Shown one piece after another: positions 1-13,510 of a stretch of 64,000 nucleotides of DNA. Numbering within the stretch: position 1 is the first letter of the stretch; every line of letters starts with the position of its first letter. Below the pieces are notes generated by a model, which had not been told where the DNA came from, did not search any database, and worked only from the letters and a program-made list of their open reading frames with translations. Source of the stretch: Camelus dromedarius (lineage: Eukaryota). Location: positions 72,976,001 to 73,040,000 of the forward strand of contig NC_087437.1 of the NCBI RefSeq assembly GCF_036321535.1, given 5' to 3'. The translations under genes and the position numbers were made by a program.

Positions 1-1445
1 GTCCTGAGACGCGTGGTCCTGTTGAGGCGGGAGGACCGGGGCGGCATCTGGCCTGGGTGAGGGAGCTCCCTTGTGAGTGCTCTTGAAGTAAGAAGCATGG
101 AAGATACTTAATCTATAAATAAATGAATGAATAAATAAATAAATAAGACAAAACACAAGAGGGCTTTTTATAGATAAGCACCTCTTATCAATAATAGATA
201 AAAAAAATCCCCTCTTGAGTTTCAAAGCCCTTCTGCAGTGGTGATTAGTAGGCTCAAAACAACCTGCAGAAAGTAGAACAGTCAAGACATGAACTGGAAA
301 TACTCCCACACTGGGTATTTCTCACTTGATGACACACAGTCAGCCTAAAGATCCCCGAGGTAGTCTTGTTTTCAAGGAGTTACAGCATGGCTCCCAGCCC
401 ACTTGGAGCTTCCTCCTTAAACCCATTGCACTTTCCCCTGCATCCTGTGTCTGCCTCCCCGCTGTCAGGGACAAGGTGCCTTCCATTAGGGTTGTGTCCC
501 ACAGGGCAGACCCGAGTCCCAGGCAGACAACAACGAGATGCAGTTCCAAGATCCGGCTTGAAGTTCCCACTCCAAAGAGGACTTTGCCAAAATGAAGCAG
601 GCGCTGGCCTGGCAGCCATCTGGGGAAAAGCTACAGAATTAAATCAAAGAAAGCTGGCATGCAACAGCCATGCACGTCTATCTCTTGTTGGGCCCCTCCT
701 TGAAACGATGTGCTATCATTGTTTCTTTCACTTTAAAGAAGGGGCCAAAAGAAATAGAGAGGAATCAATGTTTTAAAACTAGGAAATGCATTCCTGATAC
801 CGAGGACAGTATACACTGTTCATCTAAAGAAAGAAGGCGACCAGCTCCCAAGCACAAGCCCTGCAAGAACAAGCTTGTGGCTGAAATACCTTGGTGATAA
901 ATACGTCTCACTCTCTCCGAGAAGTGGTGACAACCCGCACGCCTAGAGAGAACTAGTGCTTGGTCCCTTCCCTGCTCAGAGCCCCAGGTTGGAGGTAGAG
1001 CCACCCCCCCAGGGCAGTCCACCCCTGCCACGAGCCATTCTTTTGACCAGGAATCCCCTTCTGCTTCAACCTTCTCTCTGGCTCAAACACAACATCCTGG
1101 AAGACAATGGGGAACTGGGCCAACGAGGGGTCACTCGATGCCCCAACGGAACTCGGAGACCCCGTTCCCATATTACATTCAACATCATATGACGTTGGGG
1201 AGATCCTGACCTTCAGCACATGAAACAGGCTTTCTTCCCTTGGACTTAAGTTTTGAAAAAGTCTCATTTGGGAAAAATGCAATGAAAAGCTCTGTAATTT
1301 TATCCAAATGGCCCTCTGAGGAGGGACAAATAAATGTGCCCTCCTCTCACTGACTTCACTGCCCAGGGGCCATCCTAACAGGAAACCCTTCAGACCTCTA
1401 GCCAAGATCAACAAACTCAATATTAAGTTAAATTAAAAAATTAAG
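1..1445 (-). other. PLCXD2: PLCXD2 3' UTR (proximal part; probably continues beyond the window)
   Basis: Lies downstream of the stop codon; I saw no minus-strand AATAAA in this interval. Confidence 0.6.
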
Positions 1446-1605
1446 TCAGCATTTAGCCAAAGCTCTGTCCTCCTGGAGGAGGTCATTCAACTCAATGACA
1501 GTCGTGGCAAAGTCCACCAGGTCCACAAAGTCAGACGTGATGATGTTGACGCCCGTGGCTCCAGGCTTCTGAGTTTTCACCCAGTCAAGGATGGCAGGAA
1601 GATTC
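1446..1605 (-). CDS. PLCXD2: PLCXD2 last coding exon
   Basis: Polypyrimidine tract then tgtag|G; (R)NLPAILDWVKTQKPGATGVNIITSDFVDLVDFATTVIELNDLLQEDRALAKC*, TGA at 1448-1446; PLCXD-type NII.SDFV motif; phase matches exon 3. Confidence 0.93.
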
Positions 1606-1924
1606 CTACACAGGAGAGAGTTGGGGGAAGAGATAAGAGAGAGCAGCCTTTAGAAGGACTCCTCCAGAAAGAGGAGCAAACCAAACATTTCTGTTAATGT
1701 AACAAAAGTATGCCAACAGAAGCACAAGCCCCCCTGCCCCTAATTTGTCCATTTAAACTTAAATCTCTTTCAGGGACAGAGTGATGTCTATTCCACTAGA
1801 GAACAGGACTTCCAGGGTTTCTGTGCTGGAAAAGGAAATTGTTTATCTCAGTCACCAAAGAGATACCACATCAATGGGACCTCAAAAAACTAAGATCAAC
1901 AGTCTAATTATTAGTAGGTTAATT

Positions 1925-2610
1925 TTTTTTTACCATGAATTGTATCATGAAAATTTTCAAACATATTGCAACATTGAAAGAAATTTACAGTAAGTATATC
2001 CACCGTCTGGATTCTACCACTAACATTTTACTAAACTTGCCTACCATATATCTGTCCAGCAGTCCATCACTCTATCCTTCCATCAATCCATCTTACATTT
2101 TTGACATATTCCAACTGCAAACATCTATACACTATACACCTATACATCTATCTATCTATCCATACATAATATCCCCTCAAAACCTCAGTATGCAAATCAT
2201 TAACTAACGTTCAATATCTGTTTTCAATTTGTTTTTTTGACATAAAGTTTATACCCAGTAAAATGCACAAATCTTAAGTGTATACTAGCTGAGTTTTGAC
2301 AAACATATATATATTACCCATGCCCATCTCAAGGTACAGAACGTTACCAGCGCCCCCAGAAAGCTCCATCATTCACTTTCTCCATCAATCTCTGCCCCCA
2401 TTCTTCCAGAGGAAATAATTATACTGATTTTTTTTTCTACCACAGGTTAAATTTGCCTGTTCTAGAACCAAGCATGAGCCATGCAATATGTATGCTTGCA
2501 TGTGAGGTTCTTCCACTCAGCATTAAGGTTTTGAAATTCAACCCCGTTGCTGCATGCATCAGCAATTTGTTCCACCTCTTTATTTTTTTTAGTCACTGGA
2601 TAGTATTCTA
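1925..2610 (-). mobile_element. Old L1M fragments
   Basis: L1M 3' UTR-like motifs (aaatgcacaaatcttaagtgta...gagttttgacaaa; ttccactcagcat...ttttgaaattca); boundaries approximate. Confidence 0.65.
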
Positions 2611-3687
2611 TCTTCTTTCATGTTATAATTAAGGGCTTTCCATGTGACAGCCAGAATGTTATCCCCAAAGAAGCTCACAATTCAGTGACATAGACAAATG
2701 ACGACAGTTAATGTGATATTTCCTATATTAGCAGTGAGTATAAAACACCACCGCTGACACGGAGGAGGAAGCAATGAAGTCATCACGGTATTGCATCATG
2801 GTAAAGACAGCTCACCAAGTTCTGGCTACGTTGAAGATGCTACGGGGAAGACAAACTGGAGCTTATGTTTTGGTAAAGAGACTGGAGTGTTTTGAGGAAG
2901 AATTTGCTCTAGACCAAAACTGAAAATAAGCTAAGTTTATTGCTTACTGCCCCCTTTCTCTTCTTTTGGTAACGCTCTCCTTGGTTGCCATCTCCTTGTT
3001 TCCTGTCTCCTCTGAAGCTGCCCTCCCTCCGTTGAGCATACATACCGACTTCTCAGTCTTCTAGGAAACCCTGCCAAGGCTTTGGTAGCATTTTGTCCTT
3101 CTCCTCTTTCTTTTCCTCTTACAGTGACAACAATAATCAGCCCTGGGCCTCTTCCCTCACTCAGCAGACTCTCCAGTCAGCCATGCACTAAAACACATCT
3201 CATGTATCTGTCTGCATGTTTGTATTCATAGCTGACTATGACTTCATGGGCCACCAGCACCGGGGTACTTCCACTTTTAACTGGGACTACTGAAGACAAT
3301 AATAAACTTGATTTGTCCGTAACTTAATTTCCCTGTGCCTCAGTCTCTCCCTTGTAAAATGGGGATAATAATACTTACTTCACACAGCTTTTTGGGGTAA
3401 TTAAATACAGTACTAGGTGTAGAGCGCTTAGAGTAGTGCCCAGGACGGAGGAAGTACTATGTGAGTGTTTGGCAGGAGGGAAGGACTCGTGATTGGTAGA
3501 GAGATTCGGGGGCTGGGAGTAAGAAACTTTCCTAAAGGGGCCACACCCTGCTGCTTCGGTGACAAAATGTTGTAGCCTGAGAGGGAAGGGTCACAAATAC
3601 AGACATGCCTTGGGGATAGAGACCTGGAATAGAGTGGCCCAGACGAAGGCCACGGCAGCACTGAGCCTGATGCATTCAAGCCTTCTT

Positions 3688-3768
3688 CTTTTTCTCCTTC
3701 TCCTCCTCCTTTTTAAATCAGTTTACAATGTTATGTCAGTTTCTGGTGTTCAGCATAATAGTTCAGTC
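3688..3768 (-). mobile_element. Very short L1 3' end
   Basis: aatcagtttacaatgttatgtcagtttctggtgttcagcataat matches 44948-45000; flanked by an 18-bp TSD with 2 mismatches. Confidence 0.75.
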
Positions 3769-4399
3769 ATGCTTTGAAGCCTTCTTTTAAAAACCTCGCT
3801 AGGTCGTGTTTAAGTATGGGGTGCAGGCGCCACCTTCTGGTCATCACAGGGAAATGCGAAGGGAAGGTTTGGTCAAGGCCCCTGCGGCGACTCCAGCCAA
3901 ACCTCCTGGATGGAGACTGGAGGCTGAGCACAGGGATGTGGGAGGGTGAGCACTGGCTGTCTCCCCTCCGTCACAAAGGCTCTGGGTCAGCTTCCAGGCC
4001 AGGTGTCGGTCTTCCCTTAGGTAAGGATCAAATAACCAGGATTGGGAACAAAGAAGGGGAAATGCAGAACTCAAGGCGAGGAGGAGCCACTTTGTTTTCT
4101 TAACTCCTGGCATTTACCAAGAGATCAGTGCGGAGGGCTGAACCAGGTCCTGCTGATGGGCCGTGAGGCCCCAGTCCCTGACCTCCCTCCCCTCCGGCTC
4201 TGAGGCCCCCGGAGAGCAGGGCTGTCACTGTGGGGACAACAGGGATGGCAGGCCTGTTTTGTGGAGGGCACTGTGGTCAGCACTTAACTTCATGTTAAGA
4301 CACCACGACCTGGTGCGACATAATTAACCCCCTTTGACTGGTGAGAAAACCAAAGCTCAGAGACCTCGGGAAACTTGTCAAAGGCAGCTTGTTGTTAAC

Positions 4400-4778
4400 A
4401 GAGTTCGTTTTCCAGGGCTGCTGTAAGAAACGCCACAGACGGGGTGGCTCAAACAACAGAAATTTACTCCTCAGGGCTCTGGAGGCTGAGAAGTCCAGAT
4501 GAAGGTGTGGGCAGGTCTCGGTTCTCCTCTCCTTGGCCTGCAGATGGCCACCTCCTCCCTGTGTCCTCACAGGGTCTTCTGTCCGTGCACACCCATCCCT
4601 AGTGTCTCTGTGTGTCCTAATCTCTTCTCATAAGGACACCGGTCAGATTGGATTAGGGCCCACCCTGATGGCCTCGCTTTAACTCGACCACCTCTTTACA
4701 GGCCCCATCTCCAAATACAGTCACATTCTGAGGTACTGGGGGGTTAGGGCTTCAACATAGGAATTTTCAGGGAACACA
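4400..4778 (-). mobile_element. MaLR solo LTR (MLT1B/C-like)
   Basis: ggtggctcaaacaacagaaatttactc...ccatctccaaatacagtcacattctgaggtactgggggttagggcttcaacat resembles the MLT1 consensus. Confidence 0.85.
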
Positions 4779-7294
4779 AGGGACCAAGTCAGGCTTCAAT
4801 CTTGGGCCTCTAGTTTCAGTCCACGTCCCCTTCTCTGGCCCCATGCTGCTGGGCCCTCAGGCTTAGGCAAAACTTCCTTTCGTTTGATTGCAGTGGGAGT
4901 GCAAGGTTTCTAAGACTCTCAGGAGAACTAGCAGAGAGATTCAGTCAGAATGGCTGTGTGTCACCCCTGCGTCACAGCAGGCAGGCGGGAGAAGCCATCA
5001 GGTGACACCCCTTGAGTCCCGAGCTCCAGCGGCCAAGGGGGAACTGAGCGTCTGGCTACACAAGGCCACTCCTAGATGGGGAGGTCACTGACACAGCGCC
5101 AGGCAGAACGAGGAGACAGAGGCAAACATTCCCAACGGAAGAACAAGACAAAACCTCAGAGGACGATCTTAGTAAAATGGAGATAAGTCTATATTTTTCA
5201 TGGCTTCCTTTTAGGGTGATGAACCAAAAAGAACAAAATCTCAAGCCCTAAGTTGACTTAAGAGTTAGAGGGAAGAGAGGTTAACTCTGCTGAGAAACCC
5301 ACCTCTACATTTGTATGAGAATTGACCTTGTCCTTTGCTCTCAGTTGGGCTGATAACCGGTTCCCAGCACCAGTTTGACAGCATCCCGTGTGCCTCAGGA
5401 CAGGGAAGGCACTGTGACACGGCTTCTTCCTTATGCCTGTTCAGTAGCCTGGAGGAAATGACTGCCACACATTATGCTGGCGTCTGCGAACAAACTTGTC
5501 CAAAGCAGTTGATGTGGAGGCCTAGGAATGCTGATGCATCTCTGCAATATTCTTATGACCAGCAGGGGGCGAAATGCTCCAGTATCCTTCCGATCTCGGA
5601 GACCTGCTGACGGGCTTGCTGCCCGCGGGCCAGGGCTCAGGCGTGCTAGGACGCGGGGGCTCTGGGGGCGTGCGCCATCATTACCACCGAGTGCAAGAGC
5701 AGGTAGATTAAAGTTCTAGGAATTCACAAGTAGGAAAAGCATCGCGACTTTGTGGGTTCAGAGTTGTAGCCTCCAAGAGCTGACCAGACAAATACAGGCC
5801 AGTGGAGCAGAAAGGAACAACAGGGCACTGAAATGTGCTACGTCTAAGCCAGTGCTGAAGGCTGAAAAGGCCAACCGTCCAACAAGCAGCAGTCCGCAGC
5901 TGAGACAATACTGACTCCTACCAGCTATGCGGGTCTGGTTTGCTCGACCTCACTGAGCCCGTTTGAAATGGGGGCAATAACGTGCTTCAGACAAGGTGCC
6001 TTCTAGAGACTGGCTTAATTTAAAAATCAAATGAAATCATCTGCAAGGGGGTACTCTTATGTTCAGAATACAGTTTACAGAAATAACTGCTACTTATTTT
6101 TAAAGACTTACTCCCCCTTATTAGCACAGCTCTCTGCACAGACTTCATTACAGCGATAGGAATTTACACGTTTATTTTTCCTGATAGACTGTAAGTTCCA
6201 TGGGGCAGAGACTATAACTATATGATTCCTCATGTGTGTGTGGACCTAGCTCCTATTCACTGTTGAATGAATAAATAAATAAATAAATAATCTCAATCTA
6301 TACACATGAGGAAAATGGTATAACTATATGAACCTATTATTATAGAAAAGAAAGTTCATAATTCTGATCTTGGTTTAGGAAACCCTTTTTTCCAAGTTAA
6401 GTACAGGTAATTCAGCTAAGACTTAGCAGAGTCACACAGAAGGAGGTTTCTGGTTCTGTTAGTGGGCAACACAATCAGGAGCTCTCAGTCTGTTATCCAA
6501 ACTCCTGCCAGGTGAACTCCTATTATCTGAAATCATGCTACCCAAACTCAGAACCAAATGGACAGGGACACTTTTTTTTGGATGACTCTTTCATTATCGG
6601 AACTCTGGTGCTCAGCACCTGGAACTGGGGAACCAAAGTGATTCTTGTAAATATCCTCGGACTGCAAGGGCCGCCCTATTATCCAAATATATTTATAACA
6701 TTCCCTTTAGTCATAGGAATAGACATAGGCGCAGACATAGGCGCACTCACACACACATGTACATATGTACAAGCCATCCTTTTCCTCGACAACACCTGTC
6801 ATTTATCAGTGCCCAGGATAAAGAACATCATCTAATACAAAATTTCTGGAGCCTCTCCTGCCTAATTTTACAGTCAGGATCGGCTGCTCTGAGGAAGATT
6901 CTGAAGCTATGGCATGGTGGGTGGCGTCCTAAGCTGACAGGGACTCACTGTCACTGAGGAAGGGAGAAGGACACCCTAAGTCCTTGGAGGGCCATCTCTG
7001 AGCCCCTTGCACCTAGCACAGAAGTCTCATTTAATGCTTCTTAAAAGAGCGAGTTCTTGGGCCAGCTTCAAAGGCAGGGGCAAGAACAAAACGTGACCGC
7101 GAGCCAGACGCGAACAGACTGGTGGTGGCTGAAATTGCTTTGCCTTTGTATTGAAATTTAGAGAGTATTTATGGAGTAATATGTACATTTTAACAGCATA
7201 TTCAGAGATCCTTTGGGTACGGTTAAAGCAAGCCACCTCAAGTACACAACTTTTTCAACTATAAGGTTTTTTGTTTTGTTATTTTAATCCTTTT

Positions 7295-7596
7295 AAAAAG
7301 CAAACAAACTTATTTACAAAACAGAAACAGACTCGCAGACATAGAAAACAAACTATGGTTGCGGGGGAAGGGGGTGGGAAGGGACAAATTGGGAGTTCGA
7401 GATTTGCAGATACTGACTGGTATATATAAAACAGATAAACAAGTTTATACTGTATAGCACAAGGAATTGTATTCGATACCTTGTAGTAGCTTATGGTGAA
7501 AAGAATATGGAAACGAATATATTCATATTCATGTATGACTGAAGCATTGTGCTGTACACCAGAAATTGTAAACTGACTATACTTCAATGAAAAAAC
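7295..7596 (+). mobile_element. L1 3' end (5'-truncated)
   Basis: aacttatttacaaaacagaaacagactc...ctgactatacttcaatgaaaaaa; homologous to the reverse complement of 44935-45240. Confidence 0.85.
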
Positions 7597-7685
7597 AATA
7601 TATGGTTTTACTGCTATTTATTCAGAAGAGACTCAAGATAAAAAAATTTTTAACCCTTGCTCATGGGATGGAAGCAAATTCTCAC

Positions 7686-7927
7686 CTATGGACCAGAGTG
7701 TTCTTGAGGCCACCAACCAGGCCTCGCGCGATGGTCTTCACCCTGGGCGTGAGGATTGCTTGCGAGACGTGGAAGGAGCCGCGGGGGGCGCGCTCGCTCA
7801 GCGTGGTCTCCAAGAAGAGGATGAGTTTGCTTACGCTGGTGGTGTTGGCCCAGGGCGCTGGGATCTTCTTTCCAGGCCACAGGAAGGGGTATTGCTTGTA
7901 GAAGGGACAGTGATAGAAAATGAGAAC
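7686..7927 (-). CDS. PLCXD2: PLCXD2 coding exon 3
   Basis: Acceptor tttcag|GTT; VLIFYHCPFYKQYPFLWPGKKIPAPWANTTSVSKLILFLETTLSERAPRGSFHVSQAILTPRVKTIARGLVGGLKNTLVH; donor AG|gtgag; 242 nt, open in the expected frame. Confidence 0.96.
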
Positions 7928-10899
7928 CTGAAATATTCAGAAAAAAATAAAGGAGGGCAATTTATGAACAAGCTGAACGTTAACTCCTTGGCTTTACACT
8001 GATTGCTAGGAGGAAAGGCACACAGATACAAACCCATGTGGAAATTCAAGAATTGTTAATTTTTTTTAGAAGAATCAATAAGCAAAGATTTAAGAACTTG
8101 CTATATGTCTAACACTAAGGTTTTTAACTTTTTTCGGGTCATGAACACCTTTGGAAGTATGGTAAAATCCTGACCCCTTCTCAGATTGCTTGAAATGAAT
8201 GCTTAAAATAAAGCAAACAGGATAACAAGGAGAATCAATGAGATGGATATATGGCCACCAACAGACTAGTGAAATTTGTAATAAATTAATAATGTATGTG
8301 CTTCATCATAAACACAGTCAACAAAAACATTTTGCTGTAAGTCTAATAGTTTCCCTAATTTTGAGTGAATGATGAAGATCTGTGATATTTCAAGATATCT
8401 GCACTAAATGAAATGTGATACGGGAAATCTGGTTTCTATGGGGACAAAGCCACAGGTGGTGCCAGCTCTGCCATGGGTGCCTGCCCACACTCATGATCAG
8501 TGGCCAGCAAGAGGCTAAGAGGAAGTATGTAGTGCTTCTCCCATCCAAACTCACAAAATTCTTAAATTCCACCCATACCCTCCCTTGGGACTCTTTGGAC
8601 CACAGCTGGAGAAGCCCTGTGGTTAGTCCTGTCTACAAGGTGTGCCTCCTATGCTTTCAAAATTGACCCTCAGCTCTTGGGGTTGAGATCAGCCCACTGG
8701 ACTAATCTGGGAGGACTTCAATCGTGCCTGCTGACTCTGAAACTGCCCTTCCCAGGAGAGGGAGGGAGTCGGGGAAGACTTGGAGTCAGTGGATGGGCCT
8801 CCAGCAGGGCCTCTGAGGATGGTGGTGATTTTGAAAATAATTAGCGAGCCACGTCCACAGCATTAATTAGTTTCTGAGACGCAGCTGAAGGACAGGGAAT
8901 TGCTATTTTACTTGTCCCAATTCAGAGCTCTGCTGCTTGGGTTTCCAGAAATACTGTATTTTTTCTCCTCCTGGCACCAGGAATCCCTTCCTGGAGGAAT
9001 GTCCAGCGTGCGTTTATACTCCCTGGACTGCAGTCCTCGGATAGCTGGCTCAAGAGCATAATCCTCCAGGCACCCAAGGATGAGGGCTCTGAATGTGTGT
9101 CTCATTTCCAGGCGCATGCAGCTCGTGACTAAGGTGCCTGACTGACTGCTCCTGAAGGCCGAGCTCGGAGCACCAGGCTCCGTGCACTGAACAGGCTAAT
9201 AGCTGTTCTTGTTTTTTAATGGTTCTGCGTAATGTCTGACGGACTGCTCATGATGTCGGTGGTAAACACGTGTGTTAATGAGGTTAATCACAGGCTCATC
9301 ATAAGCAGATTGCCTGGGAGATTGGGGAGGATTTCCTGCTGGCTAGCATTCGTCACTGGCTAGTTTGGAAGGCTGGGGTCTCCATCATCCGAAAGTGTGA
9401 AAAGCCGGGCTGTGAAAGGGACTGCTGGGGAGGCGGGAGGCTGTGTGATCCTCAGTCAGGGCCCGTCAGACCATTTTCTGTGCCTCCTGGGCCGAGCTTA
9501 GGGTCAGGGGAGGAAAGGACAGTGCTGATCTTTACTCTGCCTTGGAAAACGAGTAAAAAGTACAAATTATACAAAAGCGGCTTTCTGCCTTTCCCCAAGA
9601 TCCCTTCTCGAGCAATCTGATCCCGAAGGTTAGAGGGAGAATTTCTGTTTACAGTAGGAGGTCGTCCTAGCAAACCAACTCATCCTACAGAATTCTGGGG
9701 GCACTAACACTGGCTCAGGGCCTGCATTTTGCATCGAGCTCCCGACCTTGCCCTGCTGGATTTTTCTTGAGATATTCTTCCCTCCAGCTCATCAATTCAT
9801 GTGCAGATTGTCTCTTGAGGCTCAGATTTTAAATCTCATTTCCTTTAAGAATTATTCTTAAACTGACCTCTTCTTATTTTGATGGTGCTTATACATGGGC
9901 CCCTGGGATGTAGATTTATATTATGTACTGTTTTTCAGTTGGTGGACCACAAAACCCTTTTCTTCATATAATATACATTTGAGGCAGTTTTGTCTTGTGA
10001 TTGTATAAATCAGCTGTTTTATATTTTACTAGTGTCATATACTCTTACCTTCTCGTTAAGAGTCTAAACACTGCCAAGCTATAAATTAAATCCTCAGAAA
10101 CCATGTCACTAATGTACAGACGCATACCCATGAGCTGGGATGTAATTGCATACTGAGTAAATGAAATGTGACTGAATGGTGGTACACTTCTTGCTATTAA
10201 ATTGTAGTAATAAAATACTCTGGGGATTACATGCAAGGCAGCTCATTACATGATGAATACTTAAGGTTTAACCATCAGCATGGCACGGCCCCAGCAGGAG
10301 GGGGATGACTGAGGACTCTGAGATCTCTTTGATTAGCTTTTAAGAAGAGACATGGCAGGGAAAATTTGAGAAAAGGAGAACAGAGAAATCCTAGAATCAA
10401 GTTGATGACATGTCATCACAGTCTCTTTCCTTCATAATTTTAGGAGTGTCTGTAGTTGGATGACACAGATTAGCCATACTTAAAAACTATAATAGATCTT
10501 CACTCTTCTGCCAGAAATTCACTGTCCACATGATCCATTATTCCTGCAATTATCTGTTATTCTTACAAACTTCAAAATGATTTTATATGCAATGTGGCAG
10601 CCCATGCAGACTACTGTGTATAAAATTATAAAACTATATTTATAATAGATATCTGTTTATAAATTTAGCCGTACTCCAATTTAACCTCACCTGAATCCTA
10701 GTATTCAAAAGCTCTCTTACAGATCTTCCCTTTCTCCCATTCTGCTAACCCTCTGAGACCCTCTGATAACAGAGGTTCATGAATAAAGAGGAAGTGTTTT
10801 TATTAGCATAATCAATGACACTATTTGTGAAAATCACCAAAACATGTGAACAGCCCTGGGCGAGCCCTGCATGCTGTGGGAACGCTGGAGAGCCCCACT

Positions 10900-11095
10900 C
10901 CTGTGATTCAGTCCTGGCCCTGGAGGCTCACTGACAATGTTCCCTTGCAAGTTGCGTAATTGCTCCCTGCCTCAGTTTTCTCACTTGTAAAATGAGGATG
11001 ATAATGAAATACCTACGTCGTAATGTTGCTGAGAAGATTAAATGAATTCCAGTACTTTGTACATTGCAAAGGCTTAGTAAATGTTATTATTCTTG
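10900..11095 (+). mobile_element. MIR
   Basis: MIR core tgcctcagttttctcacttgtaaaatgaggatgataat. Other MIRs at about 3320-3430, 17680-17820, 20610-20830, 26260-26405, 28075-28230, 29880-30040, 36185-36345, 39480-39600, 55180-55295 and 58830-58950. Confidence 0.75.
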
Positions 11096-12190
11096 TTATT
11101 ACCAGTATTTAATATCGTAAGAGATTTCACTGGGGAAAAAAAATCTCTCCAAATTAGACCCAGGAGTCTGCACAGATATAAATTTAGGTTTAGGGGAGAG
11201 GTGTGATAAATATCTGGCAAAATAGTAGTGACGGAATACAGCTTAGATCAACCTTACCAGATGCTAAGCGTTAACTCATTAGTCTCAGTGCAGTCAGACC
11301 TTTAGCACGTTTCCGGGCGTGGGAAGCCACCTGGCTTCCCGGCACTCAGGCCAAGGCCGGGAAACACCCTTAAATCCTCCCAGTCGCAACAGTTGGGAAA
11401 CCCTGTTAGCTCCTCCTTCTGACAGATTCAAAATCCGGCCACTTCCCACTGAGGGTCTCCTCCCTGGCTTCCCTCCTTCCCCAGCTGTCTCTGCTCCAGA
11501 TTTCTTCCCAGCAGTCAAAGGGATACCATCAAAGCCCAAGTCAGCTCACAGCACCCTGTGCTCAGAGCCCTCCTCACTCGAGTAAAAGCCGAGTCCTCAG
11601 CGTGCCCTCAAGGCCCCACGATCACCCATCATCCCTGCCCAGCCTCCTCCGCTGGTCTGCGCTCCAGACCCACGGCCGGCCCCGCTTTCCCTCAAAGATG
11701 GCACGTACCCTCCTGCGTCGGGGCTCTGCACTGGCTGCTTCCTCTGCTGGGAAAGCTCTTCCCTCAACAGGTTAACTCCCTCCAATGAGGGCTACCCTGA
11801 TCAACCTATTTAAAACTGTGACCAATCCTCCAGCCCACAGAACCCTGACCATGCTTGGCTCTCTTTTCCCATCACTCTTATTACTTCCTAACATTATATA
11901 AAGTATATTTATCATGTTTATTATCTATGACCTACCTCCCTTCACCGCAATGAAATCTCCATAAGGCAAGGATCTTTGTTTCATTTACTGATTTATCCCA
12001 AAGGCTTAGAATGGTGCTTGGCACCTACTTGGTATTCAACATATATTTGCAGATGAATCATCTTTAATTGATTTCTAATGAAAAGTTATTTCCTTAGTTC
12101 AAAATAACTGCCTTTTTAAGATGTTTTGGCTAATGCACTTATGTGTAAGGGAGCAACTGTGAATGAAAGGTACTTGCTTTAAAAAAAATG

Positions 12191-12278
12191 TTTTTTTAAA
12201 TGGAAGTACTGGGGATTGAACCCAGGACTTTGTGCAGGCTAAGCATGAGCTTTACCACTGAGCTGTACCAGACCCCAC
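12191..12278 (-). mobile_element. tRNA-derived SINE, Vic-type, short diverged copy
   Basis: gtactggggattgaacccaggactttgtgcaggctaagcatgagctttaccactgagct matches the other two copies. Confidence 0.8.
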
Positions 12279-13049
12279 CTTTTTTTTTTTATTTTCCTTT
12301 TTTAAAGAGAGTATATATCAGAGCCTGACCATTCCTGAAGCTCTCCTCTCGCACTATCCATCATCCTCTGGGACCACAGCAGAATATATCCGAGGCCCAC
12401 ACTCTTTTTTCCAGAGTCTGTCCTTCACGGGTCAAAGTTAGGGCCCTTCTCGACCTGGGGGTGCTCTGCCAGCCTTCATCCCTTTGTGGGCTCTTCCTTC
12501 CTTAACTCCGTCTCCCCCTCTGACCCAAACCCCGTGAAGACAGCCTTTTCAGTGTTAACTGTTAACACCCAAGAGGAACTACTTCACACGCCTTTGTCAG
12601 CCAATGCACTTACCTACCAACTGCTATTTGGCAGGGATGATCTGACACTGAGCTGAAGGCAGGATGGAATAGACTATCCCTAAGGGGAACTATGAGGGTG
12701 AAAATGGACTCACTTGGAGATGGGTGGTAATGGTAATGGCCAACTGGTCCTATTTCACAACTGTGCCTTGGGCTGGTTCTGGCCAGGCCATCCAGCATCA
12801 ACTGAGATGCTCAACAGGTTGCCCAACGAGTTATGAATATTTGGCAGGTGTTAATCCCAGTTCAACGGTGCCCAGGGGAGCCCTTGATGCTGTCCTAGAG
12901 CCCAGGAACCAATGCACAGATCTTCGTTATACCAAACAATCTATGCCTTCTAGCCCAAGAGCCCTGGAGGGAGCTGTCTTAGAGCCAGTGACAAGAAAGA
13001 GAGAGAGTTACGTTCTTGCCCTTGGAAGCTCTTCTCTGTCCCCGCCTAC

Positions 13050-13510
13050 CTGGCACTTCTTCTCCCACAGCGTCTGCAGCTTCATATTCTCCACACTGCA
13101 GGCTGAGCACAGCTTGTTCCCAAAGGCCTCCTGGATCCGGAGAATCAGGCGTTTGTGATGGGCCTCATCCATGGCGTAGAAGTGGTTGAAATCCAGGAAG
13201 ACAATCTCTCGGGGGTGCTGCATGAGGAACGAGTCAATCTCCATCAGCCCATCCCAGACCCTGATGCCAAAAAGCCCATGAATGAAGTAGATTTCCTGGT
13301 CGGCATCCCCCGGCTTGGAAGACACACGCAGGTCGAAGTAGCGGATCCCAGCTTCCAGCTGTTCTCGGAAGCTCAGGTTCTGAGTCACAGACCACTTCTT
13401 CATGAGCTTCTTCACCAAGGAGATCCTGGCGAGGCGTTTGACGGCAGGGGTTTGGTCGGGCCCCACGGGGGACTTTTCATCTACCCAGTAGCTGAAGGAA
13501 TCATGGGAGC
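13050..13510 (-). CDS. PLCXD2: PLCXD2 coding exon 2 (X-domain core)
   Basis: Acceptor tgtgcag|GC; GSHDSFSY...WSVTQNLSFREQLEAGIRYFDLRVS...YFIHGLFG...REIVFLDFNHFY...KKCQ; donor CAG|gtaggc; 461 nt, giving a cumulative 624 nt (phase 0). Both expected catalytic His motifs (GSHDS, FIHG) are present. Confidence 0.97.

Noticed and set aside
115..146. Clustered AATAAA as the PLCXD2 poly(A) signal
   Set aside because: Wrong strand for PLCXD2; it is a (TAAA)n simple repeat.
6721..6744. 12-bp tandem duplication agacataggcgc x2
   Set aside because: Real but an ordinary slippage event with no sign of function.
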